A stretch of 64,000 nt of DNA from the human T2T-CHM13v2.0 reference genome, Homo sapiens. The stretch lies in assembly GCF_009914755.1 (NCBI RefSeq), contig NC_060926.1; one strand, given 5' to 3'. The notes under the pieces were generated by a model, which worked only from the letters and a program-made list of their open reading frames with translations, searched no databases and was not told where the DNA came from. Positions 12,308-27,725 of the stretch are shown in pieces. Positions within the stretch are counted from its first letter, which is position 1; every line of letters starts with the position of its first letter. The position numbers and the translations under genes are program-made.

Positions 12308-14049
12308 CCATCCTCCTATTCCGTCTTTTGGACCCACAGCAGAGCATCACTATGCACACGAACAAGACCTTCCTTGAGTTTCCATGCAGTAATTAATTCA
12401 AAGCCTGCCTCTAATTTAGTTATTTTAAGTGCAATCTTTTCCTGGGACCCCAAAGAAATTTGGCAACATATAAGATGTTGCCAAGTGGTAACTTTTATTG
12501 AGAAATATATTACGAAATTCATATCATATAAGATTGTTCAGTGATAAATTTCACCTATTAAATTATTTTAAAAATAACAGATGCATTCTCAAATGTGTTC
12601 AAGTTCAACTTGAATATTTGATCTCTTTCGATAACCCATTCTACGCTACATGTTTATTTCCTTGAAAATAAGAATTTAAAACAAACAAATGAAAAACCCC
12701 TTTCTGTGCATTCTTCCTCAGTCAGAAAATAATCGAGTTTCCTTTGGCTTCCAGTACGTTGTTTCAGCAAATACTGAATATGAGGGGAGTTGTACAACTA
12801 TTTTTTAAAAGTAACTAGTTAGACTTTTAATCATTATTAAAATAAAAACACAAAGGATATGAATTATATTCTGGTTATTTGTCTATGCATGTTTCACTGT
12901 GTTCTGAATCCTGGAATGTTTCCTTTATCAACAGGAGAAATAAGACTGCAAGTTCATTCTAATATTTAGATAAGCTACACTAAGAAAAAAATAGCCTACG
13001 ACTGGGAAATAGGAGATTGTATCTCTAGTATATAGCTTTTAATAGTTATATTTAGCCAATTAATTTAGGTACAATGATTTTTAAAAATATTTGTCATATA
13101 TTAAAAAAATTTGTCCATATCTTCCAAAGATTTATACTTAATAGCTTATATAATGAGTTGAAATTTCTTCTTTATATTAATAGTAGGAAAGACGTTCAAT
13201 GAGTAGAAAGGAAAAGGAGCATCATCTGGGCCCACATTTGATAAAAAAAAATAGATTATTTTGTTTATTTGGTATGAAAAACCTGCACTCTTATGTTCTG
13301 AATTAGTTGTGTATGGGAAATTACCAGAAGATAGAGGTGGTCCACACTAGGTCCAGAACTATCCAAAGAAATAAGAGTAAAAGGCCATCCACCCTAAATA
13401 ATCTTTATTATAGCAGCATCTGAAATGTACACATTAGAGAGTCAATCCTTTGACCAAGCAATACTATTATTTGTCCTTGTCTTTCTAAATGAAAAAAAAA
13501 AAAAAAAACAACAATGTATTTACAGATGTGTTGGTGAGACAGCTTGTTAAATCATTGCCCTCAGTTTCAAAAGGAATGACCATGATAGTGCAGTCCTCAG
13601 ACCCATGAAGTTTGAGTATAGGTTCATAAGGAGATACAAAATGGGACAGAGGAGAGACAATAAAGGAACCATAAAGGGACACAGAGATGGAATGTGGCAG
13701 TCACTTGTTTTATAATTTTTGCTTAGACTCATCCAAGGAAATAACACCCTTGTGTTGCCGGAAAAAAATTAGGCTCTGAAAGTGTTCTGACTCTTCTAGG
13801 AAAAAAGAAAAAAAAAACTTCATTTCTTTAGGAATAGATGAATAAAATAAGTGACATTTCTGTTAAGGAACTTAATCATGGTGATTAGCAGACTTTCCCA
13901 ATGAGCAGACAAAAATCAATGGAGCAAGCCACCTTTATGCAAGTTCCATAAATCTGTTTCATATACTCTTTTACAAATTTGCTTTGTCTGAGGAATAACA
14001 ATTACAATAATACAATAATAGTTGTAGTAACATACTCATTATTAGGAGT

Positions 14050-14270
14050 CTTTAATATGTGTTATCTCATTTAATACAGCAGCATAAATTAACATGTGTT
14101 ACTCTCATTTAATACAACAGCCCTATGGGTAGATAATATCTTTATCCCTTATTTTAACAGACAAGGAAACTAAGCTTAAATGAGTTGTAATATTTGCCCA
14201 CGGTTGCACAGCTAATAAACATACAAACCAATATTGAAGCCTAGTTGTATCTATTGCAAGATCTTGGTCT
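14050..14270 (-). mobile_element. MIR with internal ~37-bp tandem duplication (14052-14121)
   Basis: ttttaacagacaaggaaactaag core. Repeat ttaa(t/c)atgtgtta(c)tctcatttaatac x2. Confidence 0.8.
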
Positions 14271-14464
14271 CTCAAAAACCTATGTATACTTTTATCTTCT
14301 AAAAGAAAACTATGAAAATGCAAGATACTTAAGTTATTATCATTATCTCGAGAAGAACGTTCTGATAATGAAGCCTATGAAATGTTAGTATAGATTTCCA
14401 AAAGAGTGTGTCTACTCTTTTCTTAAAATGCTAGAAAATAGGCTGGATGATCAATATTAATTAT

Positions 14465-14630
14465 AGTAGCTAACGTTAATGAATAGCAATTAAGTTCCTG
14501 ACACCGTGCAAAGCATTTTCACATACAACCATGTGAGATGATTTTATTTCCATTTTACCAATTAAGAAAGACTCAGAGAAGTCAAATCCTCATCCAATAA
14601 AAGCTGGAGCCAGAATTTAAGCCTGAATTG
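14465..14630 (-). mobile_element. MIR
   Basis: ccattttaccaattaagaaagactcagagaagtcaa. Confidence 0.7.
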
Positions 14631-14714
14631 TTGTGAAATGTTGCCAGCCTTTGTCCATGATACCACAGTACCACCAAAAGGCATATGCTATTCAAAATCA
14701 ACTGTGCAGAACAT

Positions 14715-14845
14715 CGTTGAAGAAAAGGGAATTAATCAGAGCCTCAAATTATTCTTGGATAGGAAGACTCAATATTGTATGGATGCCAATTCTCTCTAAA
14801 TTAGGCTTTAAATTTAATGAAATCACAATCAATATTCCAACCGAA
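14715..14845 (+). mobile_element. Old L1 ORF2 fragment
   Basis: Translates to YSWIGRLNIVWMPILSKLGFKFNEITINIP, an L1 ORF2 motif. Confidence 0.8.
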
Positions 14846-14879
14846 GGACAGAAATCGGTCAAAGAGGTAATAGCTATAG

Positions 14880-15025
14880 GGGAGCAGTTTTCAGCTGAAT
14901 ATAAGAAAGCATCTTCTATCAGTTAGACTTACCCAAAAATGGAATAGAATTGTGTGATAGTCAACCTTCTGTCATCGTAAGAATTACAATGGAGGATAAA
15001 CTGACCACCTGTTGAGGGATGCTCA
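14880..15025 (+). mobile_element. L3/CR1-like 3' fragment
   Basis: gctgaatataagaaagcatcttcta...tgaccacctgttgagggatgct. Confidence 0.55.
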
Positions 15026-15147
15026 AACAGCATTAGAAAATGGTCACTTCCTATATGTCCATTTCCTGGGCACCGAACTATTCACTTTCACTTTTAATCT
15101 CAATTAATTTTCATACTTCCCTTATTTTATAGGCATGAAAAATCTTT

Positions 15148-15392
15148 AATAGTGAGTAAGAGCATGGATTGCATCATCACGTGCACTCGGGCTTGAATCT
15201 CATGCCCTGTACTAGCTGCAAAACTGAGAAATATCTTTAACTCTATAGGTGTCAGTTTCTTAGTCTGTAAAATGGGCATACTAAGGCCCATCTCATTGTG
15301 TTCTTGTAGGATTAAATATAGTAATACCGAAAAAGCATTAGCACATCACTGCCCACGTGTTAAATTCTATTAACTGTGAGTTATTGTTGTTA
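15148..15392 (+). mobile_element. MIR
   Basis: tagtgagtaagagcatgga head and cagtttcttagtctgtaaaatggg core. Confidence 0.85.
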
Positions 15393-17005
15393 TTGATATG
15401 GAGAAATTGAAAATCACATGAGTTAAGTGATGTGCTTCAGGAAACAGCATATATAAGTAGTCCCTGAACTAGGTTATCTTTAAATTCTAACTTTTAAGAT
15501 AATATGAATTTGTGGAACAATGTTATGATTTCACAATAACATGATATAAAGAGATCAGAAAAGTGTTATGTAAAATCCATGTATTACCTAATCATGAATT
15601 GTCAGTTTAATTTAATGATACATATTTAAATGAATGAATTTAGCATTTGAAAATCTATTACACAAAAGGAAACAAAAAAGGAACTTAAAACCAAGCAACT
15701 CATCAGGTGATTGACCTATTTAATGTCTAAGTTTCCTAAGGGAATGGAGAAATATATTTTTATAAGGTTGGAGAAAATAATTCTTAAATATCAATATTTC
15801 TCATGAGTGTAAAAAGAGTTGCTATTTCTTTTTTGTTTCTTGATGATCAAATAAATAGAAATCTCAGAAATCTCTCTATAAATGCAGACCAGGAGACAAG
15901 CCACTGTCTCTCCACTGGGAATGCTTCAGAACCAGGGCTGTTGGAAGAAGGTTGAAAAACACAGTCTGAAGAGATTTGTTTTAACCACATTGTGAAACAA
16001 GTAATATTCAATATCTTATAACCAAGTTAAGATACCCCAGTGGTAGACCTCTCTAGGACCTGAATGTTTAGTGAGCATTATTAAACTTTCCTTTTTTTAT
16101 GGTTTTCCTTCATCGAACCTGGATATATGTATGCCTTATTTAACATGGATTGAAACTGATATATAACCTGAGAGACTTGTAAGCTGAGTGAGAAAGGGTG
16201 ATATTACCTGCCCTCATCCAGTAAGGAGGAAATAAGGGAAAGATATTAACAGCTAAATCGCCTGAAGGGGAGTTATGTCTGGAGGACCAGGATGCAACAA
16301 TTTTCTTGGCATGGACAATTTTCTGGGTAAAGATAAACAAAAATGGGCATGATGAGGACAAATACCAAAAGCAATTGCAAGTCAAATTTTAACAACTACT
16401 AAGGATACAATCAAACAGCGATTGGTAGACTACGATTAGCAACAGGAAACAAATAAAAGATTTTTCCAAATTGCAGCAGGTACACAGTTATTTGTTAACA
16501 GCTAATCTTTCTACTTTTAAAAACAGCTTAATTGAGGTATAGTTGGCATACAATAAACTGTTGCATATTTAAGGTGTAAATTTGATAAGTTTTGATGTAT
16601 GTATACACCTGTGAAGCCATCACCGTAATTAAGATAGGGAACATACTTATAACTCCCAAAGGTTTTCTCCTCTCCTTTCTACTTCTATTACTCCCAAACC
16701 TGTGTTCATCAAACCACCTATTTGATTTTTGTTACTATCGATCAGTTTGTACTTTCTAGAGTTTTAAATAAACTGAATCATAGTATAAAATCTAATAGTC
16801 TAACTTCTTTCACTTAGCATAATTATTTTCATAGTCAAACATGTTGTTGCATGTATCAACAGTTCTTTCCTGTTTATTGCTAAGTAGCATTCTATTATTT
16901 CAGAATACCGCAATTATTTATCCATTCACTTACTGATGAACATTCTGTTTTTTCCATTTTGGGCTACTGCAAATAAACCTGCTATGAGTATTCAATGTAC
17001 ATGTC

Positions 17006-17156
17006 TTTCTTAGTCCACTTGGGCTGCTATAACAAATTATTATATATTAGGTAGCTTATAAACAAAAAAAAATTTGTCCAAGTCCTAACACCATCACATT
17101 GGTGATTAGATTTCAACATATGAATTTGGGGAGACACAAACATTCCAATAATAGCA
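17006..17156 (-). mobile_element. Internally deleted MaLR LTR (MLT1A/MST-like)
   Basis: Both LTR ends present in 151 bp. TSD atgtc (17001-17005) / gtgtc (17157-17161). Confidence 0.8.
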
Positions 17157-20100
17157 GTGTCTTTGTTTTGCTTTTTATCTCTTGGGTCAATAACTAGTAG
17201 AATGTCCAGATATTATAGTATAATAGGTTTATGTTTGTCTTTTTTAAGAAACTGCCAAACTGTTTTCCAAAGCGGTTGTACCAGCAGTGCATGAGAATTT
17301 AGTGGCTCCATATCCTGGGAAATCCTTAGTTTGATCAGGCCTTCAGATTTTAGCCATTCTAACAGGTGGCATATAATTGTAGTTTTATTTTACATTTCCT
17401 TAATGACTTATATGATGTTAGGCAATTTTATATGTTTATTGGCCATCCATATATCTCTTTTTGGTGAAATATCTTTTCAAATCTTTCTCCTATTTAAAAA
17501 ATTAGATTGCTTGTCTCCATATTACTGAATTTTGAGGATTCTTTATATACTGCAAATACAGATCCTTTATCAAGTATATGATTTGCAAATATTTTACCCC
17601 AATCTGAGGTTTCTCTATGGCTTCACTGTCTTAATATTATTGTCCAAAAAGATTTTTAAAATTTAAATAAATTTTAAAATTCCAACGGAAGAATGTTAGA
17701 TTTTAAAATTTTATGAACTCTTAATATTTTCTGTTATAGATAATGCATTGGTGTTATATTTAAGGAACATTTGCTTGAATCTTAAGGCCACAAGACTTTT
17801 TCCTACATGGTCTTTCAAGCTTTTTGTTATTTTAGGTTTTTCATTTAGGTCTATGATCCGTTTAAGGTTAATATTTATATATTCTGTGAACTATGTATTA
17901 AAGTTATTTTTTCTAATTTGTAGACATGAAATTTTTCTAGCACCATCTTTGGAAAAGACTATAATTTTTTCTACTGAATTGTTTTCAAACCACTGTCAAA
18001 ATTCAGTTTTCAATGTATGTATTGATATATTTCTGAACATTCTACTTTGTTCCATTGATCTATATCTCTTCATTTGTTCCAATGCCACATTATCTTAATT
18101 AATGTAGCTTTATAATAAATCTTGAAATCAAGTAGTACAGTAAAACAACTTTGTTTCTCTTTTTAAAATTATTCTGGATGTACTAGGTTTTTTTGCATTT
18201 CTATATGAATTTCCAAATCAGCGTATCCATTTCTACAAAAAACGCCACATTGAATTTTGAATGTGATGATATTTATTAAGCTATAGATCAATTTGAGGAG
18301 AATTTACATATTAAGAGTACTGAATCTTTTGAATGAGGAACAGAGTACATCTTTCCATTTACTTACATCTTCTATAATTTTTCTCAGTGATGTTTTATAG
18401 TTTTCAATGCACTCACTGGTCTTTTACTCTTGTTCAGATTTATTCTTATTTCAATTTTTGGATGCTTTGGTTAATGACATTGTTTTTTTAAATATCAATG
18501 TCCAGTGGTTCTTTGCTACTACATAGAAATCTAATTTTGTGTATTGATCTCATATCCTGTAATCTTGCTAAATTCACACATTTGTTCTAGTGGATAGTTT
18601 TTAGTTTTAATTTCATTGAATTATATACATAGACTCTTATGTTGCCTGAATAAAGACAATTTTATTTCTTCCCTACTTGGATGCGTATACTTTATTTATT
18701 TTTTTGCTGATGCTACTGACTTAAAAACTCAAGTAAAATGTTGAAGGGCATTCTTGCCTTATTCCTGATCTTAACGAAAATGCATTCAATCTTTCTCTTA
18801 TTAAGTATGATATTCCTGTAGGTTTTTCATAGAAACCACTTATCGATTAGAGAAAACTCCCTTTTACTCCTAGGTCATTGACAGATTATATCAGAAATGG
18901 ATGTTCATTTTTTTAAATACATCTACTGGTCGATGACTTTTTAGTTATGATGAATATCATGTGCTGAATTACATTGGTTGATTTTTAAATGTTAAATCAA
19001 GTTGCTTTCTTGGGAAAAACCCCACTTGGTCATGATGTATTATCATTTTTATATACTGTTGGATTCCACTTGCTAAAATTTTAAAAGAATATTTAAATTT
19101 TGTTTATGTTTATGCATTACATAAATTGTTCATTACATTTATAAGGGCTACTGCTCTGTAATTGTATTTTCTTGTAATATATTCATCTGGTTTCTGCAAC
19201 CAGGTAATGCTAGCCTCATAATTGACTTGAGATTATTCATTTATTTTTTTTTTTGGAAGGATTTGTGTAGAACTTTATTATTTATTTTTTATTCATTTAG
19301 TAGAAATTACTAGCCATCTGGGCCTGAAGTTTTCTTTGTAGGAAATTCTTAATTACAAATTCAACTTCTTTAATAGATATAGAGCAATTTATGTTATATC
19401 TTTTTGAAAGCCTTTTGTATTTAATTTATTTTAAACAATTTGTCCGTTATTTAAATTGTCAAATTTATTGGCATATTTTAATAGCACTCATTTATTCTTT
19501 AATATATCCAGAACCCTTAGTAAGACTGTCTCTTTTAATCTTGATGTTAATAATTTGTGTCTTTTAAAAATCTCCTGATTACTATAGCTAGGGGTTTATC
19601 AATTTTGTTAATCTCCCAAAAGAAGTAACTGATAGTTTCATTGGTTTTCTTTATTGTTTTTGTTTTCTGTTTTCTCTTTTATTGACTTTCACTCTGATCT
19701 TTATTATTTCTTTTTTTTTTTTTTACTGTTTACTTAGTGTTTGATTTGTTCTTCATTTTCTGTTTTCTTAAGGATCTACCTCAGCTTAAGGTAGATTTGA
19801 GGGCTTTTTCTGTTTTAATATAGGTGTTCAGTGGTCTAATTTCCCCCCTATAGTTTGCTTTAGTGGCATCTCACAGATTTATATGTGTTTTCATTTTTAT
19901 TCAGCAGAAAAATAATTTTTAATTTGCTTTCAAATTACAGTATGATTTATGGGTTTTTTGCAAATATGTTATTTAGTTCTCAAATATTTACGTTATTTAA
20001 CAGAGATTTTTCTGCTTTTAGTATCTAATTTCATTCCATCTGGTTGTAAAACAAACTTTTAATAATTTGGATCACTTTTAATTTATTGAAAATTATTCTG

Positions 20101-20582
20101 TGACCCATAATATTTTCTATTTTTGTAAATGTGTGCATTAGAAAACAATCTACCTTGCTGTTTTGAGGTAGAATATTTTATAAATGTCAATTAGATCAAG
20201 TTGCTTCATAATACTGCTATAGTCTTATAGATCCTTACTTGTTTTCTCTTTGCTTGTTCTGTTTATTATTGAGAGAGAATCCTAATCTCCTTCTATAATT
20301 GTGATTTATCTATTTCTCCTTGAAATTATATCAATTTTGTTTTTGCTTTACATAGTTTGAAGCTCTGTTGTTAGGTGCATAGTCATTTAGTATTGTTATT
20401 CTTGACTCATATTATTATGAAATGAAATATTTATTCCTAGTGATATTCTTGTTCTAAAATTTACTTTGATATTAACAAAGGCACTTCATCTTTCTTTTGA
20501 TTAGTATTAACACAGCATTTTTTTTTTACATTTTACAGTTAATTTGTTTGTCTTTAAATTAATAGTTAATGTAGGTGTCTTT

Positions 20583-20880
20583 GTTTTTTGGGTTTTTTTT
20601 GTTTGTTTGAGATAGAGTCTTGCACTGTCACCCAGGCTGGAGTGCAATGGCACGATCTCGGCTCACTGCAACCTCCACCTCCCAGGTTCAAGCGACCCCA
20701 GCCTACCAAGTAGCTGGGATTACAGGTGCCCACCACTGCATCCAGCTAATTTTTGTATTTTTAGTAGAGACAGGGTATCACCATTTTGGCCAGGTTGGTC
20801 TCGAACTCCTGACCTCGTGATCCCCCCGCCTTGGCCTCCCAAAGTGCTGGGATTACAGGCATGAGCCACCATGCCTGGCC
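20583..20880 (-). mobile_element. AluS
   Basis: Antisense Alu. Degenerate TSD tgtaggtgtcttt / tgtaggcttcttt. Confidence 0.95.
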
Positions 20881-21696
20881 CTGTAGGCTTCTTTAATAAG
20901 AATATACTTGGGTCTTGCTTTGTAATTCAATATAAACTTCTCATTCTCTTAGTTTTGTGGTTAGATCATTTACATTGAATTTATTTGTTATGTGGTTAAG
21001 TCAAATGTATCACCTCATTGTTTTACATTTATCCCATCCATTCTTTCTTTTCTCTCTCTTTTCTGCCTACTTAAGCAAGTACTTTTTCCATTCTACATTC
21101 TCTGTTGGTTTATTAGCTATAGCATTGTTTAGTTTAGTGTTTGTCTTAGGTTTTGTAATACATCTTCAACTTTTCACACTTTCCCTTCACATAGAAGAAA
21201 AAAACTTACCATAGTATACCTCAATTTCTCTCCTCTGGGTTTTATGCATTTATTGTCAGACATTCTACTTTTATATGTATTATAAACTCTACAGTACATT
21301 ATTATTTTTTCCTAAAAGGTCAATTATAATGCAAAGAAATTATCAAATTGATAAGAAAATAATCTTATGTATTTACTCAGTGTTCCTTTGTATAGGTTCA
21401 TATTTCCATCTGGAATAAATTTCTTTGCACCTGAATAACTTCTTTTAACATTTCTTGTACTGCAGGTCTTCTTTGAAGTAAATTCCTTAACCTTTTATAT
21501 GTCTGAAAAAGTTTTTATCCTAACTTTATTTTTAAAAGGTATTTTTGCTGGGTATTGAACACTGTGTTAACAATTTCTTTTCTTTCAGTACTTAAAAATA
21601 TTGCCCTACTTTTTTCCTGATTGCCTTATTTCTGATTTTTAAAAATCTCATTTTATTCTCAACTTTGTTCCTCTCTCTATAACGTCTTCTTTTCTT

Positions 21697-22047
21697 CCTG
21701 AGTTCTGTGAACTGCTCTAGCAAATTAATAGAATCCAAGTGTGGGAACCACAATTTATAGTTAGTTGGTCAGAAGCACAGGTAAAACAACCTGAGGCTTG
21801 TGACTGGCTTTGGAAGCTGATGGTGGGACAGTGTAGTCATGAGGGACTGAGGCCTCAATTTGTGGGATATGATGCTATCTCCAGGTAGACAGTATCAGAA
21901 TTGAATTGGAGGACACCCAGCTGGTGTCCACTGCAGAACTGATTACTTGCATACTGGTTGGGAGAATTCCCTACACATTTGGTCATAGAGTCTTCCATGT
22001 TGTTTGTGGTGAGAGCATAGGAAAAATGCTTGGGCTTTTACTTCACA
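21697..22047 (+). mobile_element. MER21-type LTR, 3' half
   Basis: cctgagttctgtgaactgctctagcaaatt...ggacacccagctggtgtcc. Confidence 0.8.
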
Positions 22048-22317
22048 AAATGCTATTTAAAAAAATCATTTTAAAGGGCAACTTTCTAAGAAAGAGCATG
22101 AGAGGAGAGTTCCAAACATCTCTTGATCATTCTGCCATATAACTGGAGCTTGATATTTAATCAATCAATTTAGATATGTCTATGACAAGAGGTATGTATG
22201 GTTAAATAAGATGGTCTGCTTTTCTATGCTCTGTTCCTGTGAATTCCTTAAACTATGTTAACTTGAATGCAAATGGGACATAGACAAAGACACAAAGTGT
22301 TAATTTTTGTATTAATT

Positions 22318-23320
22318 TTTAAAGAGCTTCTGCACAGCAAAAGAAACTATTAAAAAAAGTAAACAGAAAACCTACAGAATAGGAGAAAATATTTGTGAAC
22401 TATGCATATTAGACAAAGGTCTAATATTCAGAATCCATAAGGAACTTAAACAAATCAACCAGCAAACAATCACATTAAAGAATGGGCAGAGGCCATGAAC
22501 CGACTCTTAAAAGAAGACATATATGTGGTCGACAAGCATATATAAAAATTGTCAACATTACTAATCATGAGAGAAATGCAAATTAAAACAAAATGAGATA
22601 CCATCTCACAGCAGTCAGAATGGCTATTATTAAAAAGTCAGAAAATAACACATGTTGGGGAAGTTGTGGAGAAAAGGGAATGTTTATACACTGCTGATGG
22701 GAATATACATTAGTTCAGCCACTGTTGAAAGCAGTTTGCAGATTTCTCAAATAACTTAAAACAAACTATCATTTGACCCAACAATTCTTTTACTGGGCAT
22801 ATACCCAGAGGAATATAAATTCTTCTACCAAAAAGACACATGTGCTCATAAATTCACTACAGCACTGTTGACAATAGAAACGACATGGAATCAACTTAGA
22901 AGCCATCAACAGTGGACTAGAAAAAGAAAATCTGGTACATATACAGCATAGAATACTACATAGCCGTAAAAAGAATGAAATCATGTCCTTTTCGGAAACA
23001 TGAAGGGAGTTGGAGGCCATTATCCCAAGTGAAGTAATGCCAGAACAGAAAACCAAATACCACATGTTCTCACTTAAAAGTGGGAGCTGAACATTGAGTA
23101 CACATGGACACAAAGAGGGCAACAACAGATAGGGATGTACTTAAGGGCAGAGTGGGTGGAGGATGAAGGTAAAAAAAAATACCTATCGAATACTATGCTC
23201 ACTACCTGGGTGACAAAATTATTTATACACCGAACCCCAGCGACATGCAATTTACCTATGTAACAGACCTGCCCGTGTACCCCCTGAACCTAAAATAAGA
23301 GTTGAAAAAGAAGAAAAACA
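22318..23320 (+). mobile_element. 5'-truncated primate L1 (L1PA15/16-like)
   Basis: ORF2 C-terminus and 3' UTR ending cccctgaacctaaaataagagttg, then an A-rich tail. Confidence 0.92.
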
Positions 23321-26300
23321 AATGAAGAATTGAATGGTTTGAGCCATTAGTTAGTTCTTGGACTGCCTACGGGTCATTCCAGTCTAGTTTATGTGACCAA
23401 AAGTGGAGCATCTGATGAAATCTGAAGAATTATTCGTAGTCTACAGACATGTTACTTTGAACACACCTGATCTCCTCTGAAGAATTATCAGAAGTTGTAT
23501 TTTAGTGAAGGCCCAAACAATTCTGAGCACGAATCATTCTTCTCCCTTCATTTTCAAAGAAGGACATAAAGTTTCACATTTGTGTTTAGTCTTTTTCTTA
23601 ACAGCGGTAAATTTACTCGAGTATATTTTCCTATTGATGTCTTTATCTACTCCTTCCTTGTCAAATCCCAGACCATAAATGCCTATATAAAATCCCCTAA
23701 CATCCTGTCTAACCAGCAACTATTCTAAGGACCTTCCTGTCTATATTCTAACTCTTCTTATCTGGTATCATCAGGATCTCTCTGGAATGCCTCTCACTCT
23801 CTGCCACTGAGGATTTATATATTCCTTGATGATATGCTTGAATTTTTATCAGATCTACCCCCCAAGATGCTACCTCTCAGAATATGACCACAGACTCTGT
23901 GACTCTCCATTTTTCTTCCCTCATACCGGAGTCAGTGTTTCCAGGCCAAGGATAAAGGTGAATGGAACACTGGATGAAGTCAAAACGTTAAATACTCTTT
24001 ATCTATCTTCTATTTTTGGTCACTAATGTAAATTAAAAGATTAGCATAAAATTAATCTTTTAAAATATACTAGCTTATATAGTTTCTCAAGCATGATCAG
24101 CTTACAGGGTTGTTTTTCTATTGTTTTTAAAGCAAAATAATCTATTGTCAGGGAGTCCATTCTCATCGCCAAGTAAAACATTTCACAATGTCTATGTACC
24201 AGAAAACCTCTCCCAACTGCACTTGTTACTGATTCCATTTGACAAGCTGCTGCCTCTCGATAATTACTGTACAAACCACTACTTCCAAAATAAATTAAAC
24301 TCTCATCACTTTATCTTGCTCTTCTACATTCATTAATAAGAATCTTGTAAAAGAGGTGGCCGCACCTGCATTAGTAAGTGCAGAAGCTCATGTTAAAAGA
24401 TTGTGCTTTTGTATATCTTTTGTCTGAGAGCTATGTTTAGCTCATCTACAATAAAAGTCCTGGTATTTTTAAGGGGAAGGGGTGGATGGAGCCAAACTCT
24501 AAATTCATAGGGGATTTCTAATTCATTTTAATTTAATCATGTGGATTTGGTCTATATATATTTAGTCTCTTTATAAGTTTAATTTCAGCCACTAAAGAAT
24601 CAGTTTCGGTAGATATATTCAATGCTGTACATTCCATTGATTTTCACTAAGTGGAGACTCTGCTTGTATCTGAGATGCAGCCTATTCTTACAGCTGCATA
24701 AAGGAAACAAATACGGCAAAACTGGGCAGAATTTTCTTGTTTTGAATCCTGGTCATAAATCATATTTATAATATTTGACATTTGTCAAATTCCATTCCCA
24801 GAGAGTTAAGTTAAGTTGAACATACCTCCAATTTCCTTTCTTAGAAGATTTTCTGATGGCCCCAAACTGAGATCAACATTATACAGTAAATACCTACTAG
24901 AAATATGGTTCCTCTGTATGATAATAAACTTCTTTTGTCTTATAGCTTTTTCGGATGATAAAATGTACATTTTTTTTACTTTGATGAAAACAATAAGCAT
25001 TTCTGGTCACCAGAGAAACATTTTCAAACACTCTCTTCATCATTCTCAAGTAATTAGAACATTTTTTAAATTCTAACATTGATCTCTTTATTGATTATTG
25101 GTATGATTGACTGATTGAGACCTTCATTCAACAAATATTTATGAAGTACAAATGAATACTTGGCTTTGTGCTAGGTGTTGTATTAGAGATGACATTTTTA
25201 CATTTTTAACTTCTGAGTTCAAGGTATATATCAAGTTAAAGCTTCAATATCTTTAGAATGTTAGTGTTTAGAGATTTCTCTGCTTCTCATTTCACATAGC
25301 AATTAACTCTTGATAATATGAGTACAAAATTTAATGGCAGCCACTGATGTTGATTGACTATACATTTAATAGCAAATACTAGTGTTTACCAAAAGTTACT
25401 TTAAGATACTGTCTTTGTTTTCAGCCGTGTCCCAAATTTTCTCACCTTATTCTGTAAATAACCTTGCCTACAGAGATTTTAGAATTACTGCCATAATACC
25501 CCAAAGCAAACAATTATTCTCCAAGACAGTTTTGATATGAGATATAATGTCTCAAAAGATTCCCTGACAAATAGCCAAACCATCCTGACAGTGTAAAATG
25601 AAGCACTTGTAGAAAAACCTAGGTTCTCTTTCTTAAAAAAAAAAAAAAGAAAGAAAGAAACCCTTTCTCTCCACAAAAAATCTTATTATAAGTAAGACAT
25701 ATATATTTTCCTTGATAAAACAGCTGACAATAATTATTTGTGAGCTCCCTGATAGCCCTGGGTTACTTCATTTTCCTCACTTTAAATATAAAAAAGTCTT
25801 CAGAAATATTTAGCCATTTATCCAAGGTCATCCTATAGTTTATAGTATTAATTTCAGGACTCAAATTTTCTGACACTTTGGAACGTTTAGACATTGAAAA
25901 ATAATGTCAATACTCTTAAATATTTTTCCATAAATAAGGTCAATATTCATCTATTTTTATATTTAACCTTTATTTCTACACTCTCCAGTTTTGGTCTTCT
26001 TCACTTATATTTATTTTTCATATTATATTTTATATCTAAGATAATACCCACCCATTTCCTAATACCTCCTGTCCATTTCTTCTTATTGGTAACCAAAATG
26101 AAATTATTTCTCCACTCAAAATACAAATGGTATGCAATTTCTAAAATTTTCATTATAGTCCCTTGGAAACAAAAACATTTTTGATGCTTATGTTTTTCTC
26201 TTCTACAGTATGACATTACAATTCAGAAAATAAAAGAGCATCTATATATCAGGCCTAAAAATAAATAAATAAATAAATTAATTAATTAATAAAGGGAGAG

Positions 26301-26557
26301 CTGGTGACAGTTGAGAAGTTAATCTAATTCAATGTAACTAGGACCTTTTCTTGAGATAACAAATTCTTTAAAGATAATCTGTAGTTGTATTTGTGTTGAT
26401 CAAATCATATTGGAAATGTAAGGAAAGGGAAGAATAAATAAACTTTATATGAAATTATTTTGCATTGGGAATCACTAACTCCATACTTATCAGTTTTGCA
26501 GATTCAGAGAACTGTAGGCTGTTAATAAATTGGAAAGTATTCCAGTAGAAAGTCTAG

Positions 26558-26885
<328 letters not shown>

Positions 26886-27559
26886 AAGCTGCTTTAATGT
26901 TTAGAAGACATTCTTATTTTGAATAAAAAAAAAATCTCCCTTTTGTATTGTCTTCCCATAGGTGCAAGTACTTTCTTCTGAATCAATGAAGATTTGCCAC
27001 ATAATTGTCATTAATATACATAAGAATCACTGTTATAGCTATATGATTTTTTTTTCTTCACACTGAATAACTTTTTGTTTCTTTCAATGTAATATTCCAG
27101 GCCCCTTTGCATTATGAGGGCCTTTGATGAGTGTTCTGTGCTTGTCAGTTTCTTCTGAAAATGTGGTACTGAGTTCTCTTGTGATGGAGTAGATATTGAA
27201 GAATAGGGATAATCACATCTCATAACTAAGAAAAAGTATTCCTCAAATGCAATCTAAAGGTTAGTTGTTGGTTCATATAAACGTTATGGTAAATAAAATG
27301 AACATTTTTAAATAAACTCAGTTTTCTTGGCTCTAAAACAAGGATGCTGAGCAATATATTTTTAAATTTACTTTTCACCTTTGTTGTCTGCAAACATCCT
27401 AAGGATGATTTCTATGCCTTCAACCCAAATGATGAAGAACAAAATCAACCCTAATATGGCACATTATTAGAGACTTCCTTTTAGAGTGAAATCAGTCCAT
27501 TAATAAAAATTCGAAAGTATAGTTGTTCAACCAAACACTGAAACATCTAACATCCAATC

Positions 27560-27725
27560 CTCATTTATCTCAGGTGCTAAACATACACATTTGGGGTCAT
27601 CACAATGACATTATAAGAGAGATAATAATTGCATCACTTTAAAAATTAGAAAACTGAAACTGAGTTAATTTTTCAAATCACATAACTTATTCCTTGTAAA
27701 AACAGGATTCAAATCTAGGTCTATT
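27560..27725 (-). mobile_element. MIR
   Basis: tagaaaactgaaactgagttaa...ggattcaaatctaggtct. Confidence 0.6.

Larger units (their letters stand above)
16514..21695 (-). mobile_element. Long decayed L1M (L1MB-like 3' end) containing MaLR and Alu inserts
   Basis: T-rich antisense L1 3' UTR from 16514, followed by colinear ORF2-derived sequence. Confidence 0.9.

Noticed and set aside
16225-16392. Stop-free frame of about 55 codons in unique DNA
   Set aside because: No start codon, clear splice sites or recognisable homology.
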